Source: Eledone cirrhosa
Taxonomy: Eukaryota
Direction of reading: 5' to 3'
DNA: 64,000 bases
Assembly (NCBI GenBank): GCA_964016885.1
Contig: OZ024761.1
Coordinates: forward strand, 1 to 64,000
The position numbers were made by a program, and so were the translations under genes. Positions 45,168 to 60,964 of this stretch are shown piece after piece. The notes beneath the pieces are model-generated. The model saw only the letters and a program-made list of their open reading frames with translations. It ran no database searches and was not told the origin of the DNA. Numbering within the stretch: the first letter of the stretch is position 1; every line of letters begins with the position of its first letter.

Positions 45168-45205
45168 CCTTTACCGGTTTCGCAGTTCTTCTGCTTTTCA
45201 AAAGG
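45168..45205 (-). ncRNA. 38-nt minimal hammerhead motif, U3-A8 core variant
   Basis: Minus strand CCUU-UUGAAAA-GCAG-AAGAA-CUGC-GAAA-CCGG-UA-AAGG. Stems I and II are perfect and stem III is the palindrome ACCGGU. Confidence 0.7.
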
Positions 45206-45633
45206 TGAGTTGAGATGGAGGGTCTGTGTTTTTCTCACATCTGTAGTTTTTCTCACAAATATATATATATATATATATATTATTATATATATATATATAT
45301 ATATATATAGTGAGAGACAATAAAATCTGTGTTTTAAACTGACCTATCCTTTGTCCCCAGATGACAGTATATAACAGTATATAACAGTATATAACACCAT
45401 CTATAAACAAAAGCTATGTGTCAGCCACCATTACAGCGGCTGTTTCAACCATCTCGATATCTGCTATTCTACATCACTGCTGGCTTGTTCAGTAGTTTGT
45501 GTATCGATTGGCAACTGGCCAATACATCACATTTACTCTGGACAGATTTACTGATTATTTTCATCAATATGTTTACACAAACATCTATATATATATATAT
45601 ATATATATATATGCATTTATATATATATATATA

Positions 45634-45665
<32 letters not shown>

Positions 45666-45670
45666 ATATA

Positions 45671-45724
<54 letters not shown>

Positions 45725-45887
45725 GTGTGTGTTTATGTGTGTGTATATGTGTGTGCATACATGTGTGTATATGTATGTTTGTGTGTATATATATATATAT
45801 GTATGCATATGTATATATATAAATATATATATGTATGCATGTGTATATATATATATTTATAAATGTATATATGCATCCATATGTATA

Positions 45888-45951
<64 letters not shown>

Positions 45952-46086
45952 ATGTATGCATATGTATATATATATATGTGTGTGTGCATATGTATATATA
46001 TTATATATATATGTGTGTATGCATATATATATGTGTATGCATTTGTATATATATATGTATGTATATATTATATCTATGCATATGTA

Positions 46087-46164
<78 letters not shown>

Positions 46165-46198
46165 ATATTATATATATATGTATATATATATATATATG

Positions 46199-46239
<41 letters not shown>

Positions 46240-46253
46240 TATATGTGTATATA

Positions 46254-46320
<67 letters not shown>

Positions 46321-46505
46321 TATATATATATATATGTATGCATATGTATATGTATATTATATATATATATATATAACACTTTCACCTGTGCTCATATACA
46401 TATACACCTTTACACATTTACACGTGTACACATACAGATCACTGTTTCCAATCAGAATTGCTGCTGACGTTGCATATACACTCTTGACTACCTGATATAT
46501 GTATG

Positions 46506-46584
<79 letters not shown>

Positions 46585-46609
46585 TATATATGTATATATA
46601 TATATATAT

Positions 46610-46659
<50 letters not shown>

Positions 46660-46660
46660 C

Positions 46661-46727
<67 letters not shown>

Positions 46728-46766
46728 AATATATATACGCACGCACACACATATATATATGTATGC

Positions 46767-46828
<62 letters not shown>

Positions 46829-46985
46829 GCATACATATATATATATGTGTGTGCGTGCGTATGTGTCTCTGTGTGTATATATATATATACGCACGCACAC
46901 ATACATGTATAGACACTTCAACATAAATCTAATACATATTGCCTGTACAAGTAATCATTGTGGATACATTTTTTGAGGACACCCT

Positions 46986-47061
<76 letters not shown>

Positions 47062-47141
47062 ATACATGCATATTTATTTATGTATTCACACCTATATATA
47101 TATATATATATATAAATATACATATAAATTTATTTATGTGT

Positions 47142-47176
<35 letters not shown>

Positions 47177-47354
47177 AACGTACATAAAAATGTATTAATG
47201 TAATCGTATGCACACACACACACACATACACACATATGAGTGTGTGTGCGTACAGGGGAAATCAAAAGTACATATCCTGAAGACATCTCTGTCGATGTCA
47301 GTGCTGCTTCACAATTGTCCCACAAGATGGCGTAGAACATACTTGGGGAGAGAT

Positions 47355-47704
47355 GGTGAGAGAGAGAGGGGGGTGGGGTAGACATATGCAGAGAGAGATA
47401 AAAGAGAGAGGGAGAAAGATTGTGGTGGAGAGAGAGAACGAGAGATAGAGAGAGATAGACATAAAGATGGAGAGAGAGAGAGAGAGGGGGGGGGGGATAG
47501 ACATATGCAGAGAGAGATAAAGAGAGAGGGAGAAAGATTGTGGTGGAGAGAGAGAACGAGAGATAGAGAGAGATAGACATAAAGATGGAGAGAGAGAGAG
47601 AGAGAAAGGGGGGGGGGATAGACATATGCAGAGAGAGATAAAGAGAGAGGGAGAAAGATTGTGGTGGAGAGAGAGAACGAGAGATAGAGAGAGATAGACA
47701 TAAA

Positions 47705-47735
<31 letters not shown>
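47355..47735. repeat. Three tandem copies of a ~120-bp GA-rich unit
   Basis: GACATATGCAGAGAGAGATAAAG..AAGATTGTGGTGGAG recurs at ~120-bp spacing. Confidence 0.9.
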
Positions 47736-47739
<4 letters not shown>

Positions 47740-47857
47740 ATCAAACAGAAGGTTAGAGATACACAGAGAGAAATATAGAAGGGAAATGTGAGAGAGTTCA
47801 GAGAGAGAGAGAGAGAAAAAGAGATATATGAAAGGCCTGGAGATATGCTATATATAT

Positions 47858-48013
<156 letters not shown>

Positions 48014-48275
48014 TATAAATGAATGATAAGAAGGAGAGGTGATTGGAAGGAGGGATGAATCAATCCCACTACATGATTGATTTTTACTTATGGAATCCCA
48101 GAAGGACAAAAACCGAAGTTAGTCTCAGTTTTCTCTTTTAATTCCATTTGTAATGCAGGATAATATATATATCCAAGAGATGTCAACATGGTGGACCGGT
48201 TATTTTTATCTAAAGACATTTTTTCCAATTCCAACCCGCCCGTCCCTTCAATCTATCTATATATTTCTCATTCTT

Positions 48276-48311
48276 TCTTCTGATGTAGGACTAGCGTCCG
48301 AAACGTTAAGA
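48276..48311 (+). ncRNA. Minimal hammerhead motif with one core substitution
   Basis: UCUU-CUGAUGUA-GGAC-UAGC-GUCC-GAAA-CG-UU-AAGA; the A9 position reads U. Confidence 0.55.
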
Positions 48312-48403
48312 GCCACTTCCTGCTATTTCAAGAGTTAACCTAATATATTCCTTCCATATACTGTACCGATTGTGTTGTTATTTCTGTTTACCTTTTACAT
48401 ATA

Positions 48404-48466
<63 letters not shown>

Positions 48467-48582
48467 GTTAGAATATGTGTAATAAGGCCAAGACAATGCA
48501 GATATGGACATAGAAAAAGAATGCAATAGTGAGAGATATTGATGAGAATTCGTCTTTCACCTTGAATTTATTTAAATGTCCT

Positions 48583-48623
<41 letters not shown>

Positions 48624-48626
<3 letters not shown>

Positions 48627-49770
48627 ATAATAATAAATTTGAAGACTAAAATCCAAAGAGGGCTCGATAAGGATAAATATATATCAAATATATAAGAAAT
48701 AGAGCAAATATTTATTAAAATAACAGATTAAATTTTAAGCAAAAAATCGCTGCTTTCACCCTTAACGCGATCTTCTGAAACTAATAAAGTCAATCTGTAA
48801 ACGCAGAAGTGGATATTTCTAAAACACGTTGCAACCGGAGGAAGACAGGAAGACGATACTTTGGTTCCCTGGCAAAGAACGGGAAAAAACGAATATAATA
48901 CGTGATTATCTGGAGCAGTGAAAAACAATTACACGCAAAGACAGAACCACGTTTATGGTATAAAAGAAGTCGTAGACTAATGTTCTCTTAGGTGGTGCAT
49001 AGAGACGTTCTCTGGCAATGAACGAAAAAAACAAAGATAATACGTCATAAATGGAGCGTGGAGAACAATTGCACGCAAAGACAAAACCACGTAAATGGTA
49101 TAGCAGAAGTCGTAGACTAAAATGCTAACTAGGAAACCAAATGAATCTCTGCGTCAGAGTTACGAATAAAGTAAATTAAATACAATACAGAGGTAATAGA
49201 AATTAAATAAATACATACACGCATGCAATTATGTGTTTTCGCGTATGCTTGTGTGTGTACGTAATTGCATGCGTGAATGTATTTATTTAATTTCTCTTAC
49301 CTCTGTATTGTATTTTATTTACTTTATTCTTAACTCTGAAGCGGAGATTCATTCGGTGTCCTAGTCTACGACTTCAGCTATACCATTTACGTGGTTTTGT
49401 CTTTGCGTGCAATTGTTCTCCACGCTCCACATATGACGTATTATCATCGTTTTTTCGTTCATTGCCAGAGAACGTCTCTATGAACCACCTAAGAGAACAT
49501 TAGTCTACGACTTCTTTTATACCATAAACGTGGTTCTGTCTTTGCGTGTAATTGTTTTTCACTGCTCCTATTAATGACGCATCTTATTTGTTTTTTCCCG
49601 TTCTTTGCCAGAAAACCAAAGTATCGTCTTCCTGTCTTCCTCCGGTTGCAACGTTTTTTGAAATATCCACTTCTGCGTTTACAGATTGACTTTATTAGTT
49701 TCAGAAGATCGCGTTAAGGGTGAAAGCAGCGATTCTTTGCTTAAACTTTAATCTGTTATTTTAATAAATA
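48624..49770. mobile_element. ORF-less palindromic derivative of the Penelope-like element (two inverted pseudo-LTR arms) in (TA)n
   Basis: 48624-~49230 is reverse-complementary to ~49250-49770 and both match 36500-37012. A miniature version lies at 50757-50937. Confidence 0.9.
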
Positions 49771-49806
49771 AATATATATATGTATGTATATATATATATA
49801 AAAAGC

Positions 49807-49848
<42 letters not shown>

Positions 49849-49850
<2 letters not shown>

Positions 49851-50258
49851 GATATTAACAAATGGAAACTATATTTATAAAACCATATCTATTTTATTAT
49901 ACATATTTCAAGGATACCATGTTAAATTATGGTATGCTTTCATCAGACAAAATACAATATATACCAGTTTTATAAATAAATATTGACATACCCTTTCAAA
50001 ATGCAACCGTTACTTTTGGAAGACATCTTCCAAAAGTAACGGTTTATAAAAAACTGGTATATATTGTATTTTGTCTGATGAAAGCATACCATAATTTAAC
50101 ATGGTATCCTTGAAATATGTATAATAAAATAGATATGGTTTTATAAATATAGTTTCCATTTGTTAATATCGTATATTTACTCCAAATACTTGTTGAGTGC
50201 TTTATATCAGTTATAAAAATATTTACTTGTTGTATCCCAACAATTTAAATAGAACTTT

Positions 50259-50262
<4 letters not shown>
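49849..50262. mobile_element. Family B fold-back element with a hammerhead motif in each arm (49890-49954 minus; 50067-50131 plus)
   Basis: Hairpin centre ACCGTTACTTTTGGAAGA..TCTTCCAAAAGTAACGGT near 50025; core CUGAUGA-AAGCAUACCA..UGGUAUCCUU-GAAA-UAUGUA-UA. Confidence 0.85.
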
Positions 50263-50324
<62 letters not shown>

Positions 50325-50326
50325 GC

Positions 50327-50368
<42 letters not shown>

Positions 50369-51029
50369 GTGTGTGTGTGTATATATATATAATCAAACAT
50401 CCACACATACATATAGTAAGCACTGTATATCACTGATATATATATATATACATATACGCTGTCTCGTTTACATGTATTTGTTTTCATTGTGTATCCCTCT
50501 GCCCCCCCCCCCCCCAAAAAAAAGAACCCACGGAAATGTGAAATGATAACAAAACTAGAGCCAGCCAATCTATTAACTGATTAACGTGTTTACTAATTAA
50601 TATGTCAATCAAGTGATACGTTGAGTAACCCTAACCCTAACTCTACGATTCTATAAGAAGTTATGGGACCATACATATACAATATGTTAGTGTTGTCACT
50701 ATTTACTGCAGACATATATACAATATGTAATGTTATCACTTTTAATATATATATATAGTAATAATAATAAATTTGAAGACTAAAATCCAAAGAGGGCTCT
50801 ATAAGGATAAATATATGTCAAATATATAAGAACGCTAGAGCAAATATTTATTAAAATAACAGATTAAAGTTTAAGCAAGATCCCGTTAAGGGTTAAAGCA
50901 GCGATATTTTGCTTACACTTTAATCTGTTATTTTAATATATATATATATATATATAGGAAGTAGGGTTTTTTGAGGGTGTTTTTTGATGATAACATCCCA
51001 GTGATAAAATTTGCTCCAAATGAAATACT

Positions 51030-51120
51030 CGTGTCTGAAAAAGCCTGCAGAAGTAGAATCAGCCAGATCCATACAAGGACCGTGTCTCGAGCTACCTGCC
51101 GGCGAAACAATTGTAACAAG
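51030..51120 (+). ncRNA. Degenerate hammerhead motif
   Basis: UGU-CUGAAAA-AGCCUGCAG..CUGCCGGC-GAAA-CAAUUG-UA-ACA. Palindromic stem III; G8 reads A. Confidence 0.5.
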
Positions 51121-51249
51121 CAACAAATTGAGTCCAGATGCATCACTGATTTTTCGTTTTCTTTATACTATCTACACTCTACTCTGGTGAATATCGAGTG
51201 CTAATTTTGGCATACCGCCTATGGAAGCACCATAGCTACCATTATACAC

Positions 51250-51678
<429 letters not shown>

Positions 51679-52281
51679 TTTATCCCGGGTTCAATCGGGT
51701 AACCACAGTAAGTAAGGTACTCACTTCAAAGCAGAGTATGAATATTTAATATAGAAAAGGCTTCTACAGGTTTAGAACTGTTTCATTCGGGAGAAGTCAT
51801 CAGTTCTATTCTAATCAAATATATATATATATACTGAATAATAACTAGAAATTGATTAACATATATATAAACATGAATAATCACATTGATTTAGATTAAA
51901 TTTATTTAATTTATCTTAATTTTGGATATAGATATATATATACTGTATATATATATTTAATTAAAAACATTTTGAAAACCTTGCGCTATCATTTTTAAAG
52001 TAGTGACTATGTCACTTACTTCTTTTTTTCGGTAAAAGAAATATATATATATATGTATATATACAAATAAAATTATCGAGAATCGGAACTTCGGCTCACG
52101 AAATAACGAAAAACAATCTTCGAAATGTGTGGCAAAGTGCTCAATAGTTCGGTTGAATCAGAGCTATAACTAACGTTTAATACCAACACACTGAGACATA
52201 GCTTAAACAATCATTCGCACAGCCAAAAATACGATCAAGTAATTCGGGTCAAACAAATATAAAAATATATATGATTGAAAC

Positions 52282-52365
<84 letters not shown>

Positions 52366-52386
52366 ATATATATATATATATATATA

Positions 52387-52501
<115 letters not shown>

Positions 52502-52535
52502 ATATATATAATATATATATACATATATATATATA

Positions 52536-53042
52536 ATTGTCCTTAACACTATGACTTATTAAAATAATATAAACAACTCACTATCCGGATGGCTTCCAAA
52601 AATAATGGTTGCATTTTAAAAGGGTACGTCAAAGCTTATTTGTAAAACTGTTATATATTGCATTTTGTCTGATGAAGGCATACCATAATTTAATTTGGTA
52701 TCCCTGAAATATGTATAATGAAATAAATATGGTTTTATAAATATAGTTTCCATTTATTAAGGCGGTGGATTGGCAGTATTGGTAGAGGGTCAGACGCCAT
52801 GCTTTCTAGCATAGTTACGTCCCTTTACGATCTGAGTTCAAATCCCGCCGAGGTTGACTTTGCCTTTCATCCTTACGGGGTCGATAAAATAAAGTACCAG
52901 TAATGCACTGGGTAATTGCTGGCCTTGTGCCTAAAGTAGAAACAATTAATATCGTATATCTACTCCAAAAACTTGTCGAGTGCTTTATATCAGTTATAAA
53001 AATATTTACTTGTTGTATCACAACAATTTTAAATAGAACTTT

Positions 53043-53045
<3 letters not shown>
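52536..53045 (+). mobile_element. Family B element (hammerhead 52662-52724) interrupted by a SINE family 1 copy (52761-52948)
   Basis: Family B sequence resumes after the SINE; ATTAA is duplicated at the junctions. Confidence 0.85.
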
Positions 53046-53082
<37 letters not shown>

Positions 53083-53272
53083 AATGCACAATATGTAGTG
53101 TTGTCACTATTTTATATAGATATAGATATACAATATTTTAGTGTTGTCACTAATCATTATTATTGAGCTATATACAATATGTAATGTCACTGGCGGAGAC
53201 CATCCCCTCTGTAGGTCTGAACTAAACCATTTTATTCCAGAGAGAATGGGCGTGAGAGAGAGAGAGATAGTA

Positions 53273-53303
<31 letters not shown>

Positions 53304-53389
53304 TAGAGAGAGAGAGAGATAGTAGAGAGAGAGAGAGAGTAGAGAGGCAGAAGAGAGTAAAGGGAGAGAGATCTATTAACCTACTGATA

Positions 53390-55370
53390 TGTTAACCTAC
53401 AGTCCAGTTACCCTACAGTCCAGTTACCCTACAGTCATGTTACCCTATAGTCCTGTTAACCTACAGTCCTGTTAACCTATACTCCTGTTAACCTACAGTC
53501 CAGTTACCCTACAGTCCTGTTAACCTATAGTCCTGTTAACCTACAGTCCAGTTACCCTACAGTTCAGTTAACCTTCAGTCCAGTTACCCTACAGTCCAGT
53601 TAACCTACAATCCAGTTAACCTACAGTCCAGTTACCCTACAGTCCAGTTACCCTACAGTCCAGTTACCCTACAGTCCAGTTAACCTATAGTCCTGTTAAT
53701 CTACAGTCCAGTTACCCTACAGTCCAGTTACCCTACAGTCCAGTTAACCTATAGTCCTGTTACTCTACAGTCCAGTTACCCTACAGTCCAGTTAACCTAT
53801 AGTCCTGTTACTCTACAGTCCAGTTACCCTACAGTCCAGTTACCCTACAGTCCAGTAACCCTACAGTCCAGTTACCCTACAGTCCTGTTCACCTATAGTC
53901 CAGTTAACCTACAGTCCAGTTACCCTACAGTCCACTTACCCTACAGTCCAGTTACCCTACAGTCCAGTTAACCTACAGTCCTGTTAACCTATACTCCTGT
54001 TAACCTACAGTCCAGTTACCCTACATTCCTGTTAACCTACAGTCCAGTTACCCTACAGTCCTGTTAACCTACAGTCCAGTTACCCTACAGTCCAGTTACC
54101 CTACAGTAAGTTACCCTACAGTCCAGTTAACCTATAGTCCTGTTAACCTATATTTCTGTTAACCTACAGTCCAGTTACCCTACAGTCCTGTTAACCTATA
54201 GTCCTATTAACCTATATTCCTCTTAACCTGCAGTCCAGTTACCCTACAGTCCAGTTAACCTATATTCCTGTTAACCTATAGTCCAGGTAACCTACATTCC
54301 TATTAGCCTACTGATCTGTTAACCTGTTGATCTGTTAACCTACAGTTATGATATGTATGTTAACAGTCCTGTTAACCTACATTCCCGTTAATCTACTTAT
54401 CTGTTAACCTGTCCTGTTGACTTACTGTCCTGTTAACCTACTGATATATGTTAACCTATTGTCCTATTAACCTACTGACCTGTTAATCTGTTAACCTACA
54501 GTCCACTTAACCTACTGATATATGTTAACCTATTGTCCTGTTGAGCTGCTAACCTACAGTCCAGTTAACCTACTAATATATGTTAACCTATTGTCCTATT
54601 AACCTACTGACCTGTTGATCTGTTAACCTACAGACCACTTAACCTACTGATATATTAACCTATTGTCCTGTTGAGCTGTTAACCTACGTCCAGTTAACCT
54701 ACTGATATATGTTAACCTACTGACCTGTTGAGCTGTTAACCTACAGTCCACTTAACTTAGTGATATATGTTAACCTACTGACCTGTTGAGCTGTTAACCT
54801 ACAGTCCACTTAACCTACTGATCTATGTTAACCTACTGATTTATTTTAACCTACTGTCCTATTAACCTACTGACCTATTAGCCTACTGGCCTGTTAATCT
54901 GTTAACCTACAGTCCACTTAACCTACTGATATATGTTAACCTACTGACCTGTTGAGCTGTTAATCTACAGTCCAGTTAACCTACTGATATATGTTAACCT
55001 ATTGTCCTGTTGAGCTGTTAACCTGCTGTCCTATTAACCCACTGACCTGTTAATATGTTAACCTACAGTCCAGTTAACCTACTGATCTATGTTAACCTAC
55101 TGTCCTATTAACCCACTGACCTGTTAATCTGTTAACCTACAGTCCAGATAACCTACATTCCTCTTAACCTACATTCCTCTTAATCTACATTCCTCTTAAC
55201 TGACACATCTATTTACCCAATGGTATCTTAACCTACATTCCTCTTAACTGACACATCTATTTACCCAATGGTATCTTAACCTACATTCCTCTTAACTGAC
55301 ACATCTATTTACCCAAAGGTATGTTACCCTACATTCCTATTAAGCCACTGATATGTTAAACTAACGATAT
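53390..55370. repeat. 16-bp minisatellite (GTTAMCCTACAGTCCA) decaying into composite longer units
   Basis: Directly visible. Confidence 0.95.
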
Positions 55371-55433
55371 GTTCCTATATTCGCAACAGTGTAACTATAT
55401 TTAAATGATTAATGTCTCTCTTTGCTCTCACAG

Positions 55434-55483
55434 TTCATAAATCAAAATGGCGTACTTCATGAGTTAGCTTTCAGAAGAGTTAC
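55434..55483 (+). CDS. Candidate 50-nt internal coding exon (FINQNGVLHELAFRRV+AC)
   Basis: Acceptor TCTCTCTTTGCTCTCACAG, donor AC|GTACGT, one open frame, unique sequence island. Confidence 0.35.
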
Positions 55484-55791
55484 GTACGTGTCTTGTGAAT
55501 CAGGCAGAGACTATCTATCATGTGTGCATCGGGGGCAGACATTGTTAATAATAGGCTGTAACGTGTCATTAAACCAGCCTACAAGTCAATTTAATGATTT
55601 ACTACATCACATTTCTGACCTCATCACACACACACACACACATACATTCACACACACACACACACACGTTAACAGACCGCCACCGTCACCGCCCTCCCAA
55701 CCACCAGCACCAGCACCCCCCCACACCTCCACACTACGGTGTAGTTTAGTCTGTCACTGACATATTGTGAAGGCCATTGTCGTCGTCGTCG

Positions 55792-55846
<55 letters not shown>

Positions 55847-55894
55847 TATCGTCATCATTATCGTCACTGTCATAATTCTTCACATCATTATTAA

Positions 55895-56190
55895 GGGCGG
55901 TGGATTGGCAGTATCGGTAGAGCGTCGGACGCCATGCTTTGCAGCATAGAGTTACGGCCCTTTATGATCTGAGTTCAAATCCCGTCGAGGTTAACTTTGC
56001 CTTTCATCCTTACGGAGTCGATAAAATAAAGTACCAGTCACGCACTGGGGGTCAATTTCATCGACTCCCCCCCCCAAATTGCTGGCCTTGTGCCTAAATA
56101 AGAAACCATTGTTAACATCATCATTGACATCATCACTATCATCATCATCAACGTCATTACAACAACCATCATCATCAACATCACAATCAC

Positions 56191-56227
<37 letters not shown>

Positions 56228-56520
56228 GGTGCCATCATCATCAGCATTATCATTCGATGGATTGGTAGTGATCGGTAGAGCGTCGGACATGCTTTGCGGC
56301 ATAGAGTTACGTTCCTAAACGTTTTGTGTTCAAATCCCGCTGAGGTTAGCTTTACCTTTCGTACATACCGGGTCGATAAAATAAAGTACCAGTAATACAC
56401 TGGCGTTGATTTAATCGGTCCCCCCCCCCTCGCCCCTACTCCTCAAATTGTTGGCCTTGTGCCTAAATCAGAAACCAGGATTATTATTATCAGTATCGGT
56501 AGGGGGTCAGACGTCATGCT
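55895..56520 (+). mobile_element. SINE family 1 copies (55895-56110, 56258-56480, partial 56490-56520) among (CAT)n
   Basis: A and B boxes and shared core. Confidence 0.85.
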
Positions 56521-56554
56521 TTGTACTCCTCCGCCCCGCCCCCACACACACACC

Positions 56555-57208
56555 ACCACTACCACCACCACCACCCACCACTCACCATCACCCACCACCA
56601 CCCACCACCACCCACCACCACCCACCACTCACCATCACCCACCACCACCCACCACCACCCACCACCACCCACCACTCACCATCACCCACCACCACCCACC
56701 ACCACCCACCACCACCCACCACCACCCACCAGTCACCATCACCCACCACCACCCACCACCACCCACCACCACCCACCACCAACCACCACTCACCATCACC
56801 CACCACCACCCACCACCACCCACCACCACCGACCACCACCCACCACCACCCACCACCACCCACCACCACCCGCCATCACCCACCACCACCACCACCCACC
56901 ACCACCCACCACCACCCACCATCACCCACCACCACCACCCACCACCACACACAACCGCCACCACCACCCACCACCCACCACTACCCACACCCACCACCAC
57001 CCACCATCACCCACCATCACCCACCACCACCACCCACCACCACACACAACCGCCACCACCACCCACCACCCACCACCACCACCACCCACAACCACCCACA
57101 ACCACCACCACCACCACCACCACCCACCACCACCCACCACCACCACCACCCACCACCACCCACAACCACCACCACCACCACCACCCACCACCACCCACCA
57201 CCACCACC
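56555..57208. repeat. CCA/ACCACCACCC satellite
   Basis: Directly visible. Confidence 0.95.
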
Positions 57209-58437
<1,229 letters not shown>

Positions 58438-58907
58438 TTTTATGGCTGTTAGTAGGAACAAGCCAATATATATATATATATATATATATAAAGAATTAAT
58501 ATCTAGTAACATGTATATACATATATTATTTGTCGAGCAATATTGGCCACGACTGCTGCTATGGTAGCAGGCAGGCCGCTGTCTTATTAGCAAACCACTT
58601 TCCACTGATTGACCTCGATGTCACGTGATTGATTCTTTTTGAATTTGCCACCGACGTAGAGCAGTGATTTTCTCAATAGCTAGGAATTCAGTCCACGCTT
58701 TGCTATTTTCTATCCACTGAATTATTTTTTAATAAGTTACCAGTGTCCACGCTTTGCCTGGATACTTAGATGAGAATAGTCTTCCCTGACGACGGAATGA
58801 TTCTCCATGTTTTCTTCGGAAAATATATTTACTCCATTCCAGAAACTAATTAGTTGGAAGTGATATTTTAGTAAGTAAGTTAATTTTATAATTTTTCTTA
58901 TTTTACG

Positions 58908-58971
<64 letters not shown>

Positions 58972-59401
58972 CATAACTTTTGTTACAGTTTTGTGATTGG
59001 AGGGGCTTAAGTATATATACTGTACATGAGTATTATTATTTTTAAAAAAATAAAGAAAGAAAGCATTATTATTATTATTGTTAGCTCAGGCTTTTTTTAT
59101 CACCGATATGAAACGTAGAAGGAAATTAAAAACGTGATCATTACTTATTGAACAGTAATACATACTGTGTTTAGCTAACAAAAGATCATTCAACAACTTT
59201 CCACATTTTTGATTGGAGGGGCTTAAATTCATTAGTACCAGAAGCTTGTATGTGTGTGTGTGTATATATGTGTGTGTGTGTGCGTATATGTATATATATA
59301 TATATATATGTGTGTGTGTATATATATATATATGTGTGTGTGTGTATATATATATATGTATGTGTTTGTGTCTATATATATATGTGTGTGTGCATATATA
59401 T

Positions 59402-59505
<104 letters not shown>

Positions 59506-59556
59506 ATATATATATATGTGTGTGTATATATATATATATATGTATGTGTTTGTGTC

Positions 59557-59597
<41 letters not shown>

Positions 59598-60039
59598 ACT
59601 GAAAAAAATTAACAAAGAACGGAAACAAAACAAAAAAAAAATTTTAAGGGATAACCTGAAAAAATTAGTTTTTGTTAAAAATAAGTATACAAACGAAGGG
59701 CACACAACTCCATGGTCATCGGCCGTTGAGATGGACTTTGGCCGTTTCGACCCCTACCAATGCTACTGCTGGTCCATCCGGGGTCACAGTGCCTGTCTTA
59801 TGTCAGACGCTGTCCAGTAGAGTAAGAGACGAAATATATATATATATAAGTTTTGTGTGTCTGTATATATGTATGTATATATGAGTGTCTGTGTTTGTCA
59901 TTGTGTCGCTCTGTGTAAAGATGTGTACAGTTAACATCATAGCTGAGCATTCTACAGACACTTGTACCCTTAACGGAGTTCTCTGTGTGTGGCTGACCCT
60001 TTGAAATTAGTGTACAGTGCATTTTGTTTGTTTCTGTTT

Positions 60040-60170
60040 GTGGCCAGCTAAATAGACTAGAGCAACGTGAAATAAAATGTCTTGCTCAAGGACAGAATGC
60101 GTCACTCGGAGCCGAAATCAGGACCTTACGGTCGTGAACCGAACACATTGACCACTAAGCTGCGTACCTT
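60040..60170 (-). mobile_element. SINE family 2 head
   Basis: Reverse strand AGCTTAGTGG..TTCTGTCCTTGAGCAAGACATTTTATTTCACGTTGCTC. Confidence 0.65.
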
Positions 60171-60573
60171 CAGTTATTAAAGTTCATACCATATGTACTC
60201 GACTATATAAGTCGACCCCTATTTTATGTCTTAAAACATGACCAACAATGCAAACCCCATTTATAAGCCGATATAGTTATTCAACACATTGTTTAGTGTT
60301 TAGAGTGCGTATATAAGCTGACCGCCTACTCTCCCATTTTAGCATCGACTTTTTTTTTCGGGATTATATATTCCTTGGATATATATTCCTTGGTTATATA
60401 TACCTTGGTTATATATACCTTGGTTATATATACCTTGGTTATATATTCCTAGGTTATATATTCCTTGGTTATATATACATGATATATATGTATAAATCTC
60501 CTGTATTTATGATCACTTGGTTCCATTTTATATGCTCCAGCATCAACGGTTGAAATGATGTTTTATTATTTGT

Positions 60574-60945
60574 GGATTGGCAGTATCGGTAGAGGGTCGG
60601 ACGCCATGCTTTCCAGCATAGTTACGTCCCTTTACGATCCGAGTTCAAATCCCGCCGAGGTTAACTTTGCCTTTCATCCTTACGGGGTCGATAAAATAAA
60701 GTACCAGTAATGCACTGGGATAATTGCTGGCCTTGTGCCTAAAGTAGAGACAATTATTTATTGGCAGTATCGGTAGAGGGTCGGACGGTATGCTTTACAG
60801 CATAGAGTTAAGGCTCTTTACAGTCTCAGTTCAAAACCCGTCGAGGTTAACTTTGCGTTTCATCCTTACGGGGTCGATAAAATAAAATACCAGTAATACA
60901 CTGGGATAATTGCTATCCTTGTGCCAAAAGTAAAAACAATTATTA
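60574..60945 (+). mobile_element. Tandem pair of SINE family 1 copies
   Basis: 60574-60758 and 60761-60945 each have A and B boxes and the core. Confidence 0.9.
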
Positions 60946-60964
60946 TTAGTAGCATCGTGTAACG

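Noticed and set aside
50626-50642. TAACCC telomere-like repeats
   Set aside because: Fewer than three units; too short to call an interstitial telomere.
51770-51810. Minus-strand CUGAUGA..GAAA
   Set aside because: Stem II does not pair well and stem III/cleavage triplet appear deleted.
59715-59795. Minus-strand family A-like hammerhead remnant (CUG-UGA-CCCC..GGGG-UC-GAAACGGCC..GGCCG)
   Set aside because: Core has a deletion and the triplet is broken. It only hints at the parent structure of family A.
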